Source: Candidatus Levyibacteriota bacterium
GTDB taxonomy: Bacteria > Patescibacteriota > Microgenomatia > Levybacterales > UBA12049
Length of the DNA stretch: 64,000 nucleotides
Direction: 5' to 3'
Assembly: GCA_027459725.1 (NCBI GenBank)
Contig: DAIDHK010000001.1
Coordinates: 195,411-259,410, forward strand
Every line of letters begins with the position of its first letter. Position 1 is the first letter of the stretch. Position numbers and translations under genes: made by a program. Shown piece after piece: positions 37,356 to 47,552 of this stretch. The notes beneath the pieces were generated by a model. That model had not been told where the DNA came from. It did not search any database and saw only the letters and a list, made by a program, of their open reading frames with translations.

Positions 37356-39296
37356 ATGTCAAATACTCTGCTCAAGGAGCTAAATCCAGCACAACAGAAA
37401 GCTGTATTACAAACCGAAGGTCCGATGATAATTCTTGCCGGTGCAGGGTCAGGTAAAACCCGAGTTCTAACATACAAGGTAATGTACTTAATTATGGAGA
37501 AGCAGACCCCTCCTGAAAATATATTAATGATTACTTTTACTAACAAAGCAGCAAAAGAAATGAAGGAAAGAATCATTAAGTATTTTAAGCAAAACAATGA
37601 TCTGAAGAATACTCGTCAAATTCCTTTTGTCTCTACTTTCCATTCATTTTGTGCCAGACTATTAAGGATTGAAGGTAAATTTATCGGCTTATCCAACAAC
37701 TACGTGATCTATGATGACCAAGATCGATTAGAAGCAGTCAAAGAAGTAATGCACCGGCTTGATATTTCCCAAAAAGATTTTAAACCTAACTCTGTATTAT
37801 GGACAATATCTCAAGCTAAAAATGAATTACTAGGCCCTGAGGACTATGCTAATTTTGCCCGGGGAATTTTTCAAAACAAAGTAGCTCAGATCTATCCCCT
37901 ATACCAGCAAATCCTTAAAGAAGCTGATGCAGTTGACTTTGATGATTTGATTTTTAAAACTGTTGATCTATTTAAATCAAATCCTTCATTATTGGATAAA
38001 TATCAAAACAAATTCACATACATTCTTGTTGATGAATACCAAGATACTAATCGTGCGCAATATGTTTTGACCAAACTTTTGTCGGAAAAATGGAAAAACA
38101 TTTGTGTGGTAGGGGATTTCTCACAAAGTATTTACTCCTGGAGAGGTGCTGACTATCGTAATTTAATGCGTTTTCAGTCCGACTATCCCCACGCTCGAAC
38201 TTTCTCCTTAGATCAAAACTATCGCTCGACTCAAAAAATACTGGATGCTGCCTCTACTGTTATTAGCCACAATAAATCACATCCTGTTCTCAAGTTATGG
38301 ACAGAAAACCCGAAGGGTGAAGAAATTATCATTTATGAAGCTTCCAATGAACAGGACGAGGCAGATTTTATTGTTCAAACGATTAAGGATATCGGTGAGA
38401 AAGACTTACATTCAATTGCAGTTTTATATCGTACCAATGCCCAGTCTCGGGTTATTGAAGAAGCTTTTTTGCACTATGCTATTCCTTATTTATTGATAGG
38501 AGGAATAAGATTTTATGAACGTAAAGAGATTAAAGACGTTATCTCATACTTACGCTATCTGATAAATCCCAACGATTTAGTAGCCTTTAAAAGAATTGAA
38601 AAAATTGGCAAAACAAGATTAAAAAAACTTTTAGAGTTCCAAAAACAACTTCTAGAGAAACCTGTCTTTAATGATCAGACAACTTCGGTTAGTTTTGAAG
38701 AATCAACTGCGTGGTTGGAAGAAGATCAATCTTCAGAAAATAAGACATCCGAGGATAAACTCACGACGATTGATTTACTCGATGCTACCTTACGCACTAC
38801 TGAATATCTTAATTTATATGATAAAAATGTAGAAGAAGATGCGATGCGTTTTGAGAATGTTAAAGAACTTAGATCAGTAGCAATAAACTTTCCTAATATT
38901 ACTGAATTTTTAGAAAATGTGGCTCTAGTGGAGCAAGAATACTCTAGTGAACCACAAAAGAATGACAAAAAAAATGCCATAACTTTGATGACCTTACATG
39001 CAGCTAAGGGGCTGGAATTTGAGAATGTCTTTATGATTGGGATGGAAGAGGGAATCTTCCCTCATAGCCGTAGTCTTATGGATAGGGATGAACTGGAAGA
39101 GGAAAGACGCTTGGCTTATGTAGGAATTACCAGAGCAAAAAAAAGACTTTTTTTAACTTATGCACGCAGACGTATGTTTTTTGGTCAACGCTCTAACAAT
39201 ACCGTTTCACGCTTCATTTTAGAACTGCCAGAGCATGTCCTCACAGAAGAATTTAGCCGACTAAGAAAGAAAGATGAACTTCCTGATTACTTATAG
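37356..39296 (+). CDS. pcrA: UvrD/PcrA ATP-dependent DNA helicase
   Basis: AGAGSGKT, TFTNKAA, VDEYQDTN, QNYRST, TLHAAKGLEF, EEERRLAYVGITRA. Confidence 0.95.
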   Translation: MSNTLLKELNPAQQKAVLQTEGPMIILAGAGSGKTRVLTYKVMYLIMEKQTPPENILMITFTNKAAKEMKERIIKYFKQNNDLKNTRQIPFVSTFHSFCARLLRIEGKFIGLSNNYVIYDDQDRLEAVKEVMHRLDISQKDFKPNSVLWTISQAKNELLGPEDYANFARGIFQNKVAQIYPLYQQILKEADAVDFDDLIFKTVDLFKSNPSLLDKYQNKFTYILVDEYQDTNRAQYVLTKLLSEKWKNICVVGDFSQSIYSWRGADYRNLMRFQSDYPHARTFSLDQNYRSTQKILDAASTVISHNKSHPVLKLWTENPKGEEIIIYEASNEQDEADFIVQTIKDIGEKDLHSIAVLYRTNAQSRVIEEAFLHYAIPYLLIGGIRFYERKEIKDVISYLRYLINPNDLVAFKRIEKIGKTRLKKLLEFQKQLLEKPVFNDQTTSVSFEESTAWLEEDQSSENKTSEDKLTTIDLLDATLRTTEYLNLYDKNVEEDAMRFENVKELRSVAINFPNITEFLENVALVEQEYSSEPQKNDKKNAITLMTLHAAKGLEFENVFMIGMEEGIFPHSRSLMDRDELEEERRLAYVGITRAKKRLFLTYARRRMFFGQRSNNTVSRFILELPEHVLTEEFSRLRKKDELPDYL

Positions 39297-39347
39297 TTAC
39301 TATTATAAGTTCTTCGTTCAATAAGCACTCCCTGCTATAATACTTCT

Positions 39348-40382
39348 ATGACCACCAGAGATATCAGGCCGGAAGATAGAAGTCTATATAACTCAGTAGT
39401 CTCCCATCCTCTGCAGTCATATGAATGGGGAGAATTCAGAGAACAACAAGGAATAAAAGTTATTCGAAAAGGATTATTTGATAAAGATAAGTTAGTTTCT
39501 GCATTTCAATTAACCATACATAAAATTCCACATTCCATTTTTACTATTGGTTATCTGCCAAAGGGCACTTTACCAAATACAGAACTATTGGAACAATTAA
39601 AAAAGATTGGTCAAGAAAATAACTGTATTTATATTCAACTCGAACCTAATATCCACAAATCTGATAATTTTGACTTAAAAATCAAAAATTTAAAAAAATC
39701 ATTTCATCCTCTATTTACGAAATATTCTTTTATATTGGATTTAACCAAGTCAGAAGAAGAATTACTGAAAAACATGCACCATAAAACCAGATATAACATC
39801 CGAGTTGCCCAGAAACATGAAGTGATGATAGTCGAGGACAATTCAGATGAAGCATTCGAGACTTACTGGAAGATCATGGAAGAAACCACGTCCAGACAAA
39901 AGTTCTATGCTCACACAAAATCTTATCATAAAAAACAGTGGGAGATTTTTGCAAAAAAGAAAAAATTTGATCCAAATGAACTGCAATATCATCTAATGCT
40001 TGCTAACTATAACCCACCCTCTACCAATCAAATTGTAACTCTAGCAGCATGGGTGCTTTTTACTTTCCACGATACTCTTTACTACCCATATGGTTCTTCC
40101 AGTAGTGAGAATCGGGAGACTATGGCAAGTAATCTAATGATGTGGGAAGCCATAAGGTTTGGCAAAAAATTGGGTCTAAAGTATTTTGATATGTGGGGCT
40201 CACTGGGACCAAAACCCGATATCAAAGATCCATGGTTTGGATTCCATCGTTTCAAACAAGGTTATAATCCACTACTAACAGAGTTTATGGGAAGCTATGA
40301 TTTAGTCATTAATCAGTTGCTATATCAGGTTTTGAAAGTCGTTGATAAATTAAGATGGATTTACCTGCGAATGAAAAAATAA
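39348..40382 (+). CDS. FemABX-family peptidoglycan bridge aminoacyltransferase
   Basis: HPLQSYEWGEF, KTRYNIR.A, YYPYG.S, LMMWEAI, D.WG, G.HRFK.G. Confidence 0.88.
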   Translation: MTTRDIRPEDRSLYNSVVSHPLQSYEWGEFREQQGIKVIRKGLFDKDKLVSAFQLTIHKIPHSIFTIGYLPKGTLPNTELLEQLKKIGQENNCIYIQLEPNIHKSDNFDLKIKNLKKSFHPLFTKYSFILDLTKSEEELLKNMHHKTRYNIRVAQKHEVMIVEDNSDEAFETYWKIMEETTSRQKFYAHTKSYHKKQWEIFAKKKKFDPNELQYHLMLANYNPPSTNQIVTLAAWVLFTFHDTLYYPYGSSSSENRETMASNLMMWEAIRFGKKLGLKYFDMWGSLGPKPDIKDPWFGFHRFKQGYNPLLTEFMGSYDLVINQLLYQVLKVVDKLRWIYLRMKK

Positions 40383-40384
40383 TA

Positions 40385-40948
40385 TTATTTTATTCTGCTT
40401 CTACTTCTGGCTTTTTTGGGAATTTCGTAAACATAAATAAGCCTCTCTTTATCTTCAGTGATTAAATTTAAATAAGGGATTTTATAACGATAACAGATTA
40501 CACGTGTACCCGGTTTAAGTTCTGATAAAACTTTTCGTTTTAATCTCTGTATAGCTTTAGGGACAAGATAAATAAATACCACGCTGGCTTCATCAATACT
40601 TACCTTAAACATATCTTTACGTAAAATGGTTATCTTATCTTTAAAACCGGCAAAACTAACTGCTCTCTTGGCATACCACACTCTCCATGGATCTATTTCA
40701 ATCCCCACACCTTTACTTCCATACTCTCTGGCGGCGGTGATCAAAGCAGTACCTTCGCCACAGCCTAAATCATAAATAATATCACTCTTTCTTACTTTAG
40801 CCATCTTGCACATAATCAAAGCAGATTTTTTATCTGTACTCCACCAGGGAGCCCACGGACTATCCGGGGGCCAAAACCAGGAAAGAAGATAAAGAAGAAA
40901 AATAATGACAATAAGGAGGAACAGTTGTGTAAACAAGAACGAAAACAT
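40385..40948 (-). CDS. Membrane-anchored class I SAM methyltransferase
   Basis: N-terminal TM, WAPW, YDLGCGEG, GIEID, ELKPG.RV. Confidence 0.85.
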   Translation of the reverse strand: MFSFLFTQLFLLIVIIFLLYLLSWFWPPDSPWAPWWSTDKKSALIMCKMAKVRKSDIIYDLGCGEGTALITAAREYGSKGVGIEIDPWRVWYAKRAVSFAGFKDKITILRKDMFKVSIDEASVVFIYLVPKAIQRLKRKVLSELKPGTRVICYRYKIPYLNLITEDKERLIYVYEIPKKARSRSRIK

Positions 40949-40957
40949 GTAATTATC

Positions 40958-41503
40958 CTAGCGTGAAACAAGAATTTTAGCAAGCCTTTCCTGCTCTTTA
41001 GTTGTAAGAAACGGCATAATAGCATTAAATAATTCATGGGTAACAAATGCGTTACGAAACCTTCCTTCCTTCTTATATCTAATTCCTCTCCTTTGAGCTT
41101 CATTTGACGCCATATCTACCTGTAAAAGTAGCATAAATGTTTCCACACCAGAAATAAATAACCTCGTTTTCTCTATCTCTGAAATACGTGTCGCATTAAT
41201 TTGTAGATCTTGGATTGCCGCTCCCGCAACACGATCCATCTGATCAAATGACTTATTTCTTTTCATAGCATAAATGAAAGAGGCAAATGCCAGATCTGAA
41301 GTATCTCGTAAATTAGGGGTATATCTGGTTAAGGAAGCTCTAGAAAAAGGATACACAACCAGATGATGTGCCTTGATATAAACGGCTCTAGCCACCTCGT
41401 CCATTTGGGAAATTGTTCTATTCTGTTCTGGCTGTAAATGACCGATCCTCCAAGTACTGGAATCCATCCTGTTAGGATCTATATAACTCTGTCTATCTAC
41501 CAT
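40958..41503 (-). CDS. Hypothetical protein
   Basis: 181 aa ORF with a TGtTAAAAT-7nt-ATG promoter; no recognisable motif. Confidence 0.6.
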   Translation of the reverse strand: MVDRQSYIDPNRMDSSTWRIGHLQPEQNRTISQMDEVARAVYIKAHHLVVYPFSRASLTRYTPNLRDTSDLAFASFIYAMKRNKSFDQMDRVAGAAIQDLQINATRISEIEKTRLFISGVETFMLLLQVDMASNEAQRRGIRYKKEGRFRNAFVTHELFNAIMPFLTTKEQERLAKILVSR

Positions 41504-41545
41504 AAATCATATTTTAACACAGTTTTTAACATTACACTATGGGTC

Positions 41546-42151
41546 TTATGTTGAATTATATGAGGCTAAATCATTGGCTAGCTTATCCACTCTTTCATTA
41601 TTAACATCTCCACTGTGACCCATAACTTTCCTGTAGTTAACTTTTAATTGATTCCTGGAGATTATATCTGCAATATCTTTAAAAATATCCTGATTGACTT
41701 TCACTTTGGAAAAATGTTTGCTGACACCAAAAATAGAGATTTGACTATCTGTATAGATGTCTATATTTTTATATCTTTTCTGTGCTGCCCACTGCAAAGC
41801 ATATAAAATAGCATATGCTTCTGCCCGATTGTTAGTTTGTTTTCCATTTACTAAACCTGCTTTTTCATAATCTCCAGCAACAAAAGCCCAGGCTGCTTTA
41901 GCTTGCGGACTTCCATTATTAGTACACGCACCATCAGTCCAAATCTTTACATCAGGAGGGGAGAGAGAAGGTTTTTCTTTAGTAGAGAACAAATCATGAT
42001 TAACTACTTTAAACTTATCCTCATGATAAATCCGGTGACAATTGGGACAAAATAAATAAGCTCTATAATAATATGGTTTAACTAAATTTAAAGATTTATT
42101 TTTAGTTTCTTTGATAATTAATTCATGACCACAAGATCGACACGTCTTCAT
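41546..42151 (-). CDS. rnhA: Ribonuclease HI with N-terminal CxxC...CxxC domain
   Basis: WTDGAC..NG, TNNRAE, YTDS, V.GHSG..NNERVD.LA; N-terminal CRSC...CPNC. Confidence 0.9.
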   Translation of the reverse strand: MKTCRSCGHELIIKETKNKSLNLVKPYYYRAYLFCPNCHRIYHEDKFKVVNHDLFSTKEKPSLSPPDVKIWTDGACTNNGSPQAKAAWAFVAGDYEKAGLVNGKQTNNRAEAYAILYALQWAAQKRYKNIDIYTDSQISIFGVSKHFSKVKVNQDIFKDIADIISRNQLKVNYRKVMGHSGDVNNERVDKLANDLASYNST

Positions 42152-42202
42152 AAAGCATACTCCATATTCTAACAGAAAATATTCTAGTACTACTTGACTA
42201 AA

Positions 42203-44353
42203 TCAGACCACTATTCTACCGTCTTCCACTTTAGGTTTAATCGTATCACCTGGTTTAATATTACCATCCAATATCTTCTCTGCAATTTTATCTACCAGCT
42301 TTTCTTCGATAATTCTTCGCAGTGGTCGAGCACCAAAGACAGGATCATAACCATTTTCAGCTAACCAGATTGCTACATCATCATTATATTGCATATCTAT
42401 ATTATTTTCGTTCATTCTAATTTTTACCTCTTTTAATTGCTGTTCAGCAATTTTGACTATATCCTTAGCTGACAATGAATTATAAATCACCACACTATCC
42501 AATCGATTCAAAAATTCCGGACGAAAACTTTGTTTCAAAACCGTCCACACTCTCTCTTGCAAATTCTCTTTTGTCTTTTCATTCTTGGCTTCAGCAATAA
42601 TATCACTAGCAATATTGCTAGTCATAACGATAATAGTATTTCTAAAATCGACAGTTATTCCTTTGCCATCAGTAAGACGTCCTTCGTCAAAGAGTTGCAA
42701 AAATATATTAAAAACTTCTGTATGAGCTTTTTCTACTTCGTCAAAGAGAATGACAGAATAAGGTTTACGTCTAACTGCTTCTGTCAACTGTCCACCTTCA
42801 TCATACCCCACATAACCAGGTGGAGCACCGATCAGGCGAGCAACCGAATGTGGCTGAGAATATTCACTCATATCAATACGTATCAGGGCATGTTCATCAC
42901 TAAATAACAATCTGGCGATTGCTTTGGCTGTTTCGGTTTTACCAACGCCGGTGGGACCAAGAAAGAGGAAAGTACCGATTGGTTTATTTTTCTCTCCCAA
43001 ACCAGAACGGTTTCTCTTAATAGCCCTGCTGACAACTTCCACCGCTTTATCCTGTCCGATAATTTGTTCTTTCAACTCTTTATCTAATGAAGCAATTCTT
43101 TCTGCTTCAGAAGCCAGCATCCTTTGAGCGGGAATACCTGTCCAACGGGCTACAACTCTGGCAATATCATCTTCATCAACTTCTACACGTAAAACTCTAT
43201 CTTCAAATGAAATTTTCTCCCATTGATCCATCTTGTTCTGCAATTTTTTTTCCAAATCGGGAAGTTTACCATATTTTATTTCGGCTGCTTTTTGTAAATT
43301 GACATCTTTTTCAGCTTGTTCTAAATCAATTCGCAAAGCATCACCCTGTGCTCTGATCTCCTGTATCTGCTGAATTAAATCTTTCTGTTCACTCCAGTGT
43401 TTTTCTATACTGGATGCTTTTTCTTTTAACTTTTTCAACTCAGCTTCCTGTTGAATCTTACGAGCTTTTGATAATTCACTTTTTTCTTTATTCAGAGCTG
43501 CTAATTCAATCTCAATCTGGGTAATATTACGTCTCAAACTATCCAGTTCTGCCGGCATACTCTCGGTCTCGATCTTAATAGCCGCCGCTGCTTCATCAAT
43601 TAAATCAATTGCTTTATCGGGTAAAAAACGATGTGGGATGTATTGCACCGAAAGCTTGGCAGCAGCGATAATTGCATTATCAGTTATGCGAATCCCATGA
43701 TGCAATTCATATTTTTCTTTAATTCCGCGCAAAATGGAAATAGTATCAGCAATCGAAGGCTCATCAACAGTAACAGGTTGAAAACGGCGGGCAAGAGCGG
43801 GATCTTTTTCAATATACTTACGATATTCACCAGCAGTCGTAGCTCCAATCATTTTCATTGTTCCACGGGCTAGAGAGGGTTTTAGAATATTCGCCGCATC
43901 AGATGATCCTTCTGCTGCCCCTCCGCCCACCAAAGTATGCATCTCATCGATGAATATAATATATTTTCCATTTGATTCTTCTACACCTTTAATTACACCT
44001 TTAAGACGCTCTTCAAACTCTCCACGAAACTTTGCTCCAGCCAATAGTAACGAAAAGTCCAATACTAACAATTCTTTATCTTTCAATGTAGTTGGTACCG
44101 TTCCATCAGCAATCCTCTGTGCCAATCCTTCTACAATCGCGGTTTTCCCCACACCTGGATCACCAATCAAAAGCGGATTATTTTTTGTACGACGGGAGAG
44201 TATTTCCATTACACGTCTAACCTCAACTTCGCGACCAATAACAGGATCAATTTTATTTTGCTTTGCTGATGCTGTGAGATTAATAGTGAACTTTTTTAAT
44301 GCTTCCTGAGGGGAAACTGGTTTAAGGAAATCCGGTACTTGATTACTATCCAT
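42203..44353 (-). CDS. clpB: ClpB chaperone lacking the N-terminal Clp-repeat domain
   Basis: [19 protein letters not shown], long coiled-coil M-domain with [24 protein letters not shown]. Start reassigned to ATG 44353. Confidence 0.92.
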   Translation of the reverse strand: MDSNQVPDFLKPVSPQEALKKFTINLTASAKQNKIDPVIGREVEVRRVMEILSRRTKNNPLLIGDPGVGKTAIVEGLAQRIADGTVPTTLKDKELLVLDFSLLLAGAKFRGEFEERLKGVIKGVEESNGKYIIFIDEMHTLVGGGAAEGSSDAANILKPSLARGTMKMIGATTAGEYRKYIEKDPALARRFQPVTVDEPSIADTISILRGIKEKYELHHGIRITDNAIIAAAKLSVQYIPHRFLPDKAIDLIDEAAAAIKIETESMPAELDSLRRNITQIEIELAALNKEKSELSKARKIQQEAELKKLKEKASSIEKHWSEQKDLIQQIQEIRAQGDALRIDLEQAEKDVNLQKAAEIKYGKLPDLEKKLQNKMDQWEKISFEDRVLRVEVDEDDIARVVARWTGIPAQRMLASEAERIASLDKELKEQIIGQDKAVEVVSRAIKRNRSGLGEKNKPIGTFLFLGPTGVGKTETAKAIARLLFSDEHALIRIDMSEYSQPHSVARLIGAPPGYVGYDEGGQLTEAVRRKPYSVILFDEVEKAHTEVFNIFLQLFDEGRLTDGKGITVDFRNTIIVMTSNIASDIIAEAKNEKTKENLQERVWTVLKQSFRPEFLNRLDSVVIYNSLSAKDIVKIAEQQLKEVKIRMNENNIDMQYNDDVAIWLAENGYDPVFGARPLRRIIEEKLVDKIAEKILDGNIKPGDTIKPKVEDGRIVV

Positions 44354-44360
44354 ATTCCCT

Positions 44361-44396
44361 ATTATGCCATTAGCAGTTCGGTGTGTCAAGTGCTAT
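44361..44396 (-). promoter_or_regulatory. CIRCE (HrcA operator) overlapping the clpB sigma70 promoter
   Basis: TTAGCAGTT-N9-AAGTGCTAT at 44370-44396 versus consensus TTAGCACTC-N9-GAGTGCTAA; minus strand TTGACA-17-CATAAT-7nt-ATG. Confidence 0.85.
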
Positions 44397-44418
44397 TTTT
44401 AAAAATTTACCACAAATA

Positions 44419-44447
44419 AGGAGAGAAGCTGCCCCGCCTTCTCTCCT
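44419..44447. terminator. Hairpin upstream of the clpB promoter (likely terminator)
   Basis: AGGAGAGAAG-9nt-CTTCTCTCCT perfect 10-bp stem with A/T-rich flanks. Confidence 0.6.
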
Positions 44448-44469
44448 CCTTTTATTACTAGCCAATTCA

Positions 44470-44947
44470 TCACCCGCTATTGTACCGGTGCTGAAAATAC
44501 TGTGATAAAAGCACTCAAGACTTTATATATTTGTCTATCTATCCATTCTACAAACTGATTCATAACAAATAAATTTTATTTATACTCTATATATTCTAAA
44601 TAAACCTGCCTGATTTATTTATTAATACCGGACTTGCATTAACCAGACGTTCATTTCCTTCGTTCTGGAATGCAGATGTCTCAGTAATATAATAAACACA
44701 TTTTTTGTTTATATTAATTTATTATAGAAACATAATATACCCTTAATATGATAAAAAAACTAAATTTCTGTAAGGAAGATGCAAGAAACTACGAGAAATA
44801 TATCATCTTACCCCAACCTAAAATAGAAAAAGAAGTAGAGTAGTTTAAATGAGCCAGTCCATAAATCATCAAAAAAGCAATTACTATTATTAAAATTATT
44901 AAACCAATTAATACAGCACTATTTGAATTTTTATCTACAAGATTCAT
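44470..44947 (-). pseudogene. Possible heavily degraded membrane-protein gene
   Basis: ATG 44947 opens MNLVDKNSNSAVLIGLIILIIVIAFLMIYGL (TM-like) and stops after 53 codons; short protein-like fragments continue across an otherwise empty 0.5 kb. Confidence 0.3.
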
Positions 44948-45072
44948 AGACTATATTGTTTCCAAAACAATTTCAGTAAAGGGAAAAGATGATCTTATTG
45001 AAAACCAATATAAATAATGTTGGAAAAGTGTAAGAATTAAATAATAAACAGCTGATGTGAAAAGTTAAGTTA

Positions 45073-45696
45073 TTAAAAACCTAATTCTTCCTTCACAAGG
45101 ATTAAATTTATTCGTGATGGATTTACTTCTCTATTATATATGACCAATTTACTAACGAAACTCTCCCAGTCTGCCGGAAGTCCATAAGCTTTTCTAGCTC
45201 TAACAGTCTCTAAAGGTAGCGTATATTCACTAATACGCTGCTCCCCTTCGGTAATATCTTTTACTACTTTCTGCGCACCGACTATCCATACCACGTGAGA
45301 AGAACCATATAGATATCCAGGCAACTGACTTCCCGAATTAGAGGCGATTAAAACCTTCCCATCCTGAGTGACAGCATGTACACTACCAATTGAGTATTCT
45401 GGAGCAGCACCTAATTTCTGCATTTCCAGACTCTGGGTATCACGATCCATTTTATTTAACTTTACTTTGATAGAATTATATTTACCCGACTCATCGAAAA
45501 TCGAGGGTAGACCCAAAGTTGCAAGAGTAACAGAGGTCATAGTCATTACTTCCGAACCTTGTGGAATTAACTCCAATGCTTTCTTTTTTGCTTCTTCCCC
45601 ACTCTCCACTATAGTGGTATTAAATCCATTAACATTAAGGTTTTCTGCTGTAGATTTTAATATACGATCAGAGGGAATCTGTTTCCAGTCTTTCAT
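45073..45696 (-). CDS. LUD-domain protein (LutC/YkgG-like)
   Basis: S.TL..LG, GSVHAVTQDG.V.IASNSGSQL, VGAQKVV, LVKEELGF. Confidence 0.8.
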   Translation of the reverse strand: MKDWKQIPSDRILKSTAENLNVNGFNTTIVESGEEAKKKALELIPQGSEVMTMTSVTLATLGLPSIFDESGKYNSIKVKLNKMDRDTQSLEMQKLGAAPEYSIGSVHAVTQDGKVLIASNSGSQLPGYLYGSSHVVWIVGAQKVVKDITEGEQRISEYTLPLETVRARKAYGLPADWESFVSKLVIYNREVNPSRINLILVKEELGF

Positions 45697-45719
45697 ATTA
45701 GTTTTAATAATATCACTAA

Positions 45720-45738
45720 TACTTTACTATGTAAAGTA
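45720..45738. promoter_or_regulatory. Palindromic operator, probably bound by the divergent HxlR regulator
   Basis: TACTTTAC-TAT-GTAAAGTA perfect inverted repeat between the divergent LUD and HxlR genes. Confidence 0.55.
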
Positions 45739-45832
45739 GTTACATTTTGGATAGTATATGCTATAATTTGTTAATATTTTTATCAGTTTAGTCTTCTCTA
45801 TAAAGACTCTCTGAGGGGGGTATATAAACTAT

Positions 45833-46132
45833 ATGGAAAAACACTGTGGAGTAAGTAACACATTAAAGATTATCGGTAGTAAGTGGACTATACTTATACT
45901 CCATCAACTGTGCTCAGGTACTAAACGTTTCGGTGAACTACAACGTGAATTAAATGGAATAAGCCCAAAGACACTTTCCTTAAGATTAATACAACTAGAA
46001 AAACACGGTATCGTTAATAAAAAAGTCTTTGCAGAAATTCCCCTACATGTAGAGTATTCTTTAACCGGGAAAGGGTCATCTTTGAAAACAGTCATTGATG
46101 GAATGGAAAACTGGGGGAAGAAGGATAAATAA
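45833..46132 (+). CDS. HxlR/DUF24-family winged-helix regulator
   Basis: N-terminal Cys, IIGSKWT..IL, RFGEL, GISPK.LS.RL..LE, P.HVEYSLT..G. Confidence 0.92.
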   Translation: MEKHCGVSNTLKIIGSKWTILILHQLCSGTKRFGELQRELNGISPKTLSLRLIQLEKHGIVNKKVFAEIPLHVEYSLTGKGSSLKTVIDGMENWGKKDK

Positions 46133-46414
46133 TCAGCAATTACCGATTCCGTTATTACTTCCAAGCAGATGAGCTCTCACCACTACTGTATCATAGCTTG
46201 TATGATCAAATGGTCTTACGTATTTAGGTCTGTCAAAGACTACTTTTTTATTGACAGCTGGTCTAACGTCCGAACGCTTCACTCCTGTTTCAGATCTTGC
46301 CCTACTAAGCTGATTTACATGTGCAGCAATAGCAATATCTCTTTGAGCTAAACTAAAATCTTTTCTGCGTCCTTCAGACCAAAATCGTATTTCATGTTCA
46401 ATTGGAAATTTCAT
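46133..46414 (-). CDS. Hypothetical protein
   Basis: 93 aa ORF preceded by TGtTAGAAT; no motif recognised. Confidence 0.45.
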   Translation of the reverse strand: MKFPIEHEIRFWSEGRRKDFSLAQRDIAIAAHVNQLSRARSETGVKRSDVRPAVNKKVVFDRPKYVRPFDHTSYDTVVVRAHLLGSNNGIGNC

Positions 46415-46493
46415 AGAGAGGGTATTCTAACATTTACATCTCTCTATTGCAAATATTCTATTTGTTCCATTTAAAAGAAGGGATTTTTGTCTC

Positions 46494-46523
46494 TTGACAG
46501 TGAACGTTTGTTTACTGTATATT
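46494..46523 (+). promoter_or_regulatory. lexA promoter with a palindromic SOS-box-like operator between -35 and -10
   Basis: TTGACA 46494-46499; ACAGTGAAC-GTTT-GTTTACTGT 46497-46518; TATATT 46518-46523; ATG at 46531. Confidence 0.75.
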
Positions 46524-46530
46524 GTTGTTG

Positions 46531-47100
46531 ATGACTATTGAAAATGCTAGCAGTAAACTGAAAAAATTCTTTATACAGCAAAGAAGATTACCTTCATATG
46601 CGGAAATGTGTGTTCTCTTTGGCTTTGCCTCTAAAAAGGCAGTATTTGATCTGGTTAATAAACTAATTGATGCTGGTCTGCTGGAGAAAGACAGCAAGGG
46701 TAAACTTTCTCCCAAGCGCTTATTCTCAATTCCACAATTGGGAATTATCAAGGCAGGATATCCCACACCCGGGGAAGCGCTTGCAGATGACAGCGTTGAT
46801 TTATATGAGTATCTGCTCAATCTACCGGGGGCAATTTTCTCTCTGATCGTCAAAGGAGATTCCATGATAGAAGAAGGCATACATGAAGGAGATGTGGTCA
46901 TTGTTGATAAATACCGTACCCCTCAAAATGGTGACGTAGTAGCAGCTTGCATCGACAATGAATGGACAATTAAGTATTATCGTAAAAATAATGCTGGCGT
47001 ACACTTAGCTCCAGCAAACTCTAACTATCCTATCATTTTCCCTAAAGGTGATTTATTAATCGGTGGTGTAGTAATCAGCGTGATCCGTAAATATCATTAA
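46531..47100 (+). CDS. lexA: LexA-like repressor (wHTH + S24 peptidase)
   Basis: PSYAEM..LFG..S HTH; Ala-Gly cleavage site IKAGYP; catalytic Ser GDSM and Lys WTIK. Confidence 0.82.
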   Translation: MTIENASSKLKKFFIQQRRLPSYAEMCVLFGFASKKAVFDLVNKLIDAGLLEKDSKGKLSPKRLFSIPQLGIIKAGYPTPGEALADDSVDLYEYLLNLPGAIFSLIVKGDSMIEEGIHEGDVVIVDKYRTPQNGDVVAACIDNEWTIKYYRKNNAGVHLAPANSNYPIIFPKGDLLIGGVVISVIRKYH

Positions 47101-47101
47101 T

Positions 47102-47413
47102 ATGAAAATCACACTTGCCAAGATTTCTGATGAAATCGAATCTATCTCACAGATTTATACTCAAAAATTTTCCATCAAACGGGATGAGGATTGGTATATT
47201 TTGAAACTTCATGAAGAAGTAGGCGAACTGACTAAAGCATATTTATCTCTGAAAGGTCAAACTCGTATTAAGGATAAATCTCCATTAGAATTACGTCATG
47301 ATCTAACTGATGAAATTGCCGATGTTTTTTCCCAAATATTACTTATTGCCAAATATTACAATATTGATATTGAAAAGGCTGTAGCAACTAAATGGATGAT
47401 ATATAAAACTTAA
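47102..47413 (+). CDS. MazG-like NTP pyrophosphohydrolase
   Basis: LKLHEEVGEL...DEIADV (EExxE...ExxD), KW near the C-terminus; 1 nt after the lexA stop. Confidence 0.88.
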   Translation: MKITLAKISDEIESISQIYTQKFSIKRDEDWYILKLHEEVGELTKAYLSLKGQTRIKDKSPLELRHDLTDEIADVFSQILLIAKYYNIDIEKAVATKWMIYKT

Positions 47414-47552
47414 ATAAATTCCAGTAATACTCGATTCATCATTTTTGTTTGACTAAATCCTCTCCGTTTTAATTTTAATTGTATAGAAATATTTATGATT
47501 CCTAAAATTTAAAATCCTCGTAAACCTTTTGAGTACTTTTTCATTAATAAAC

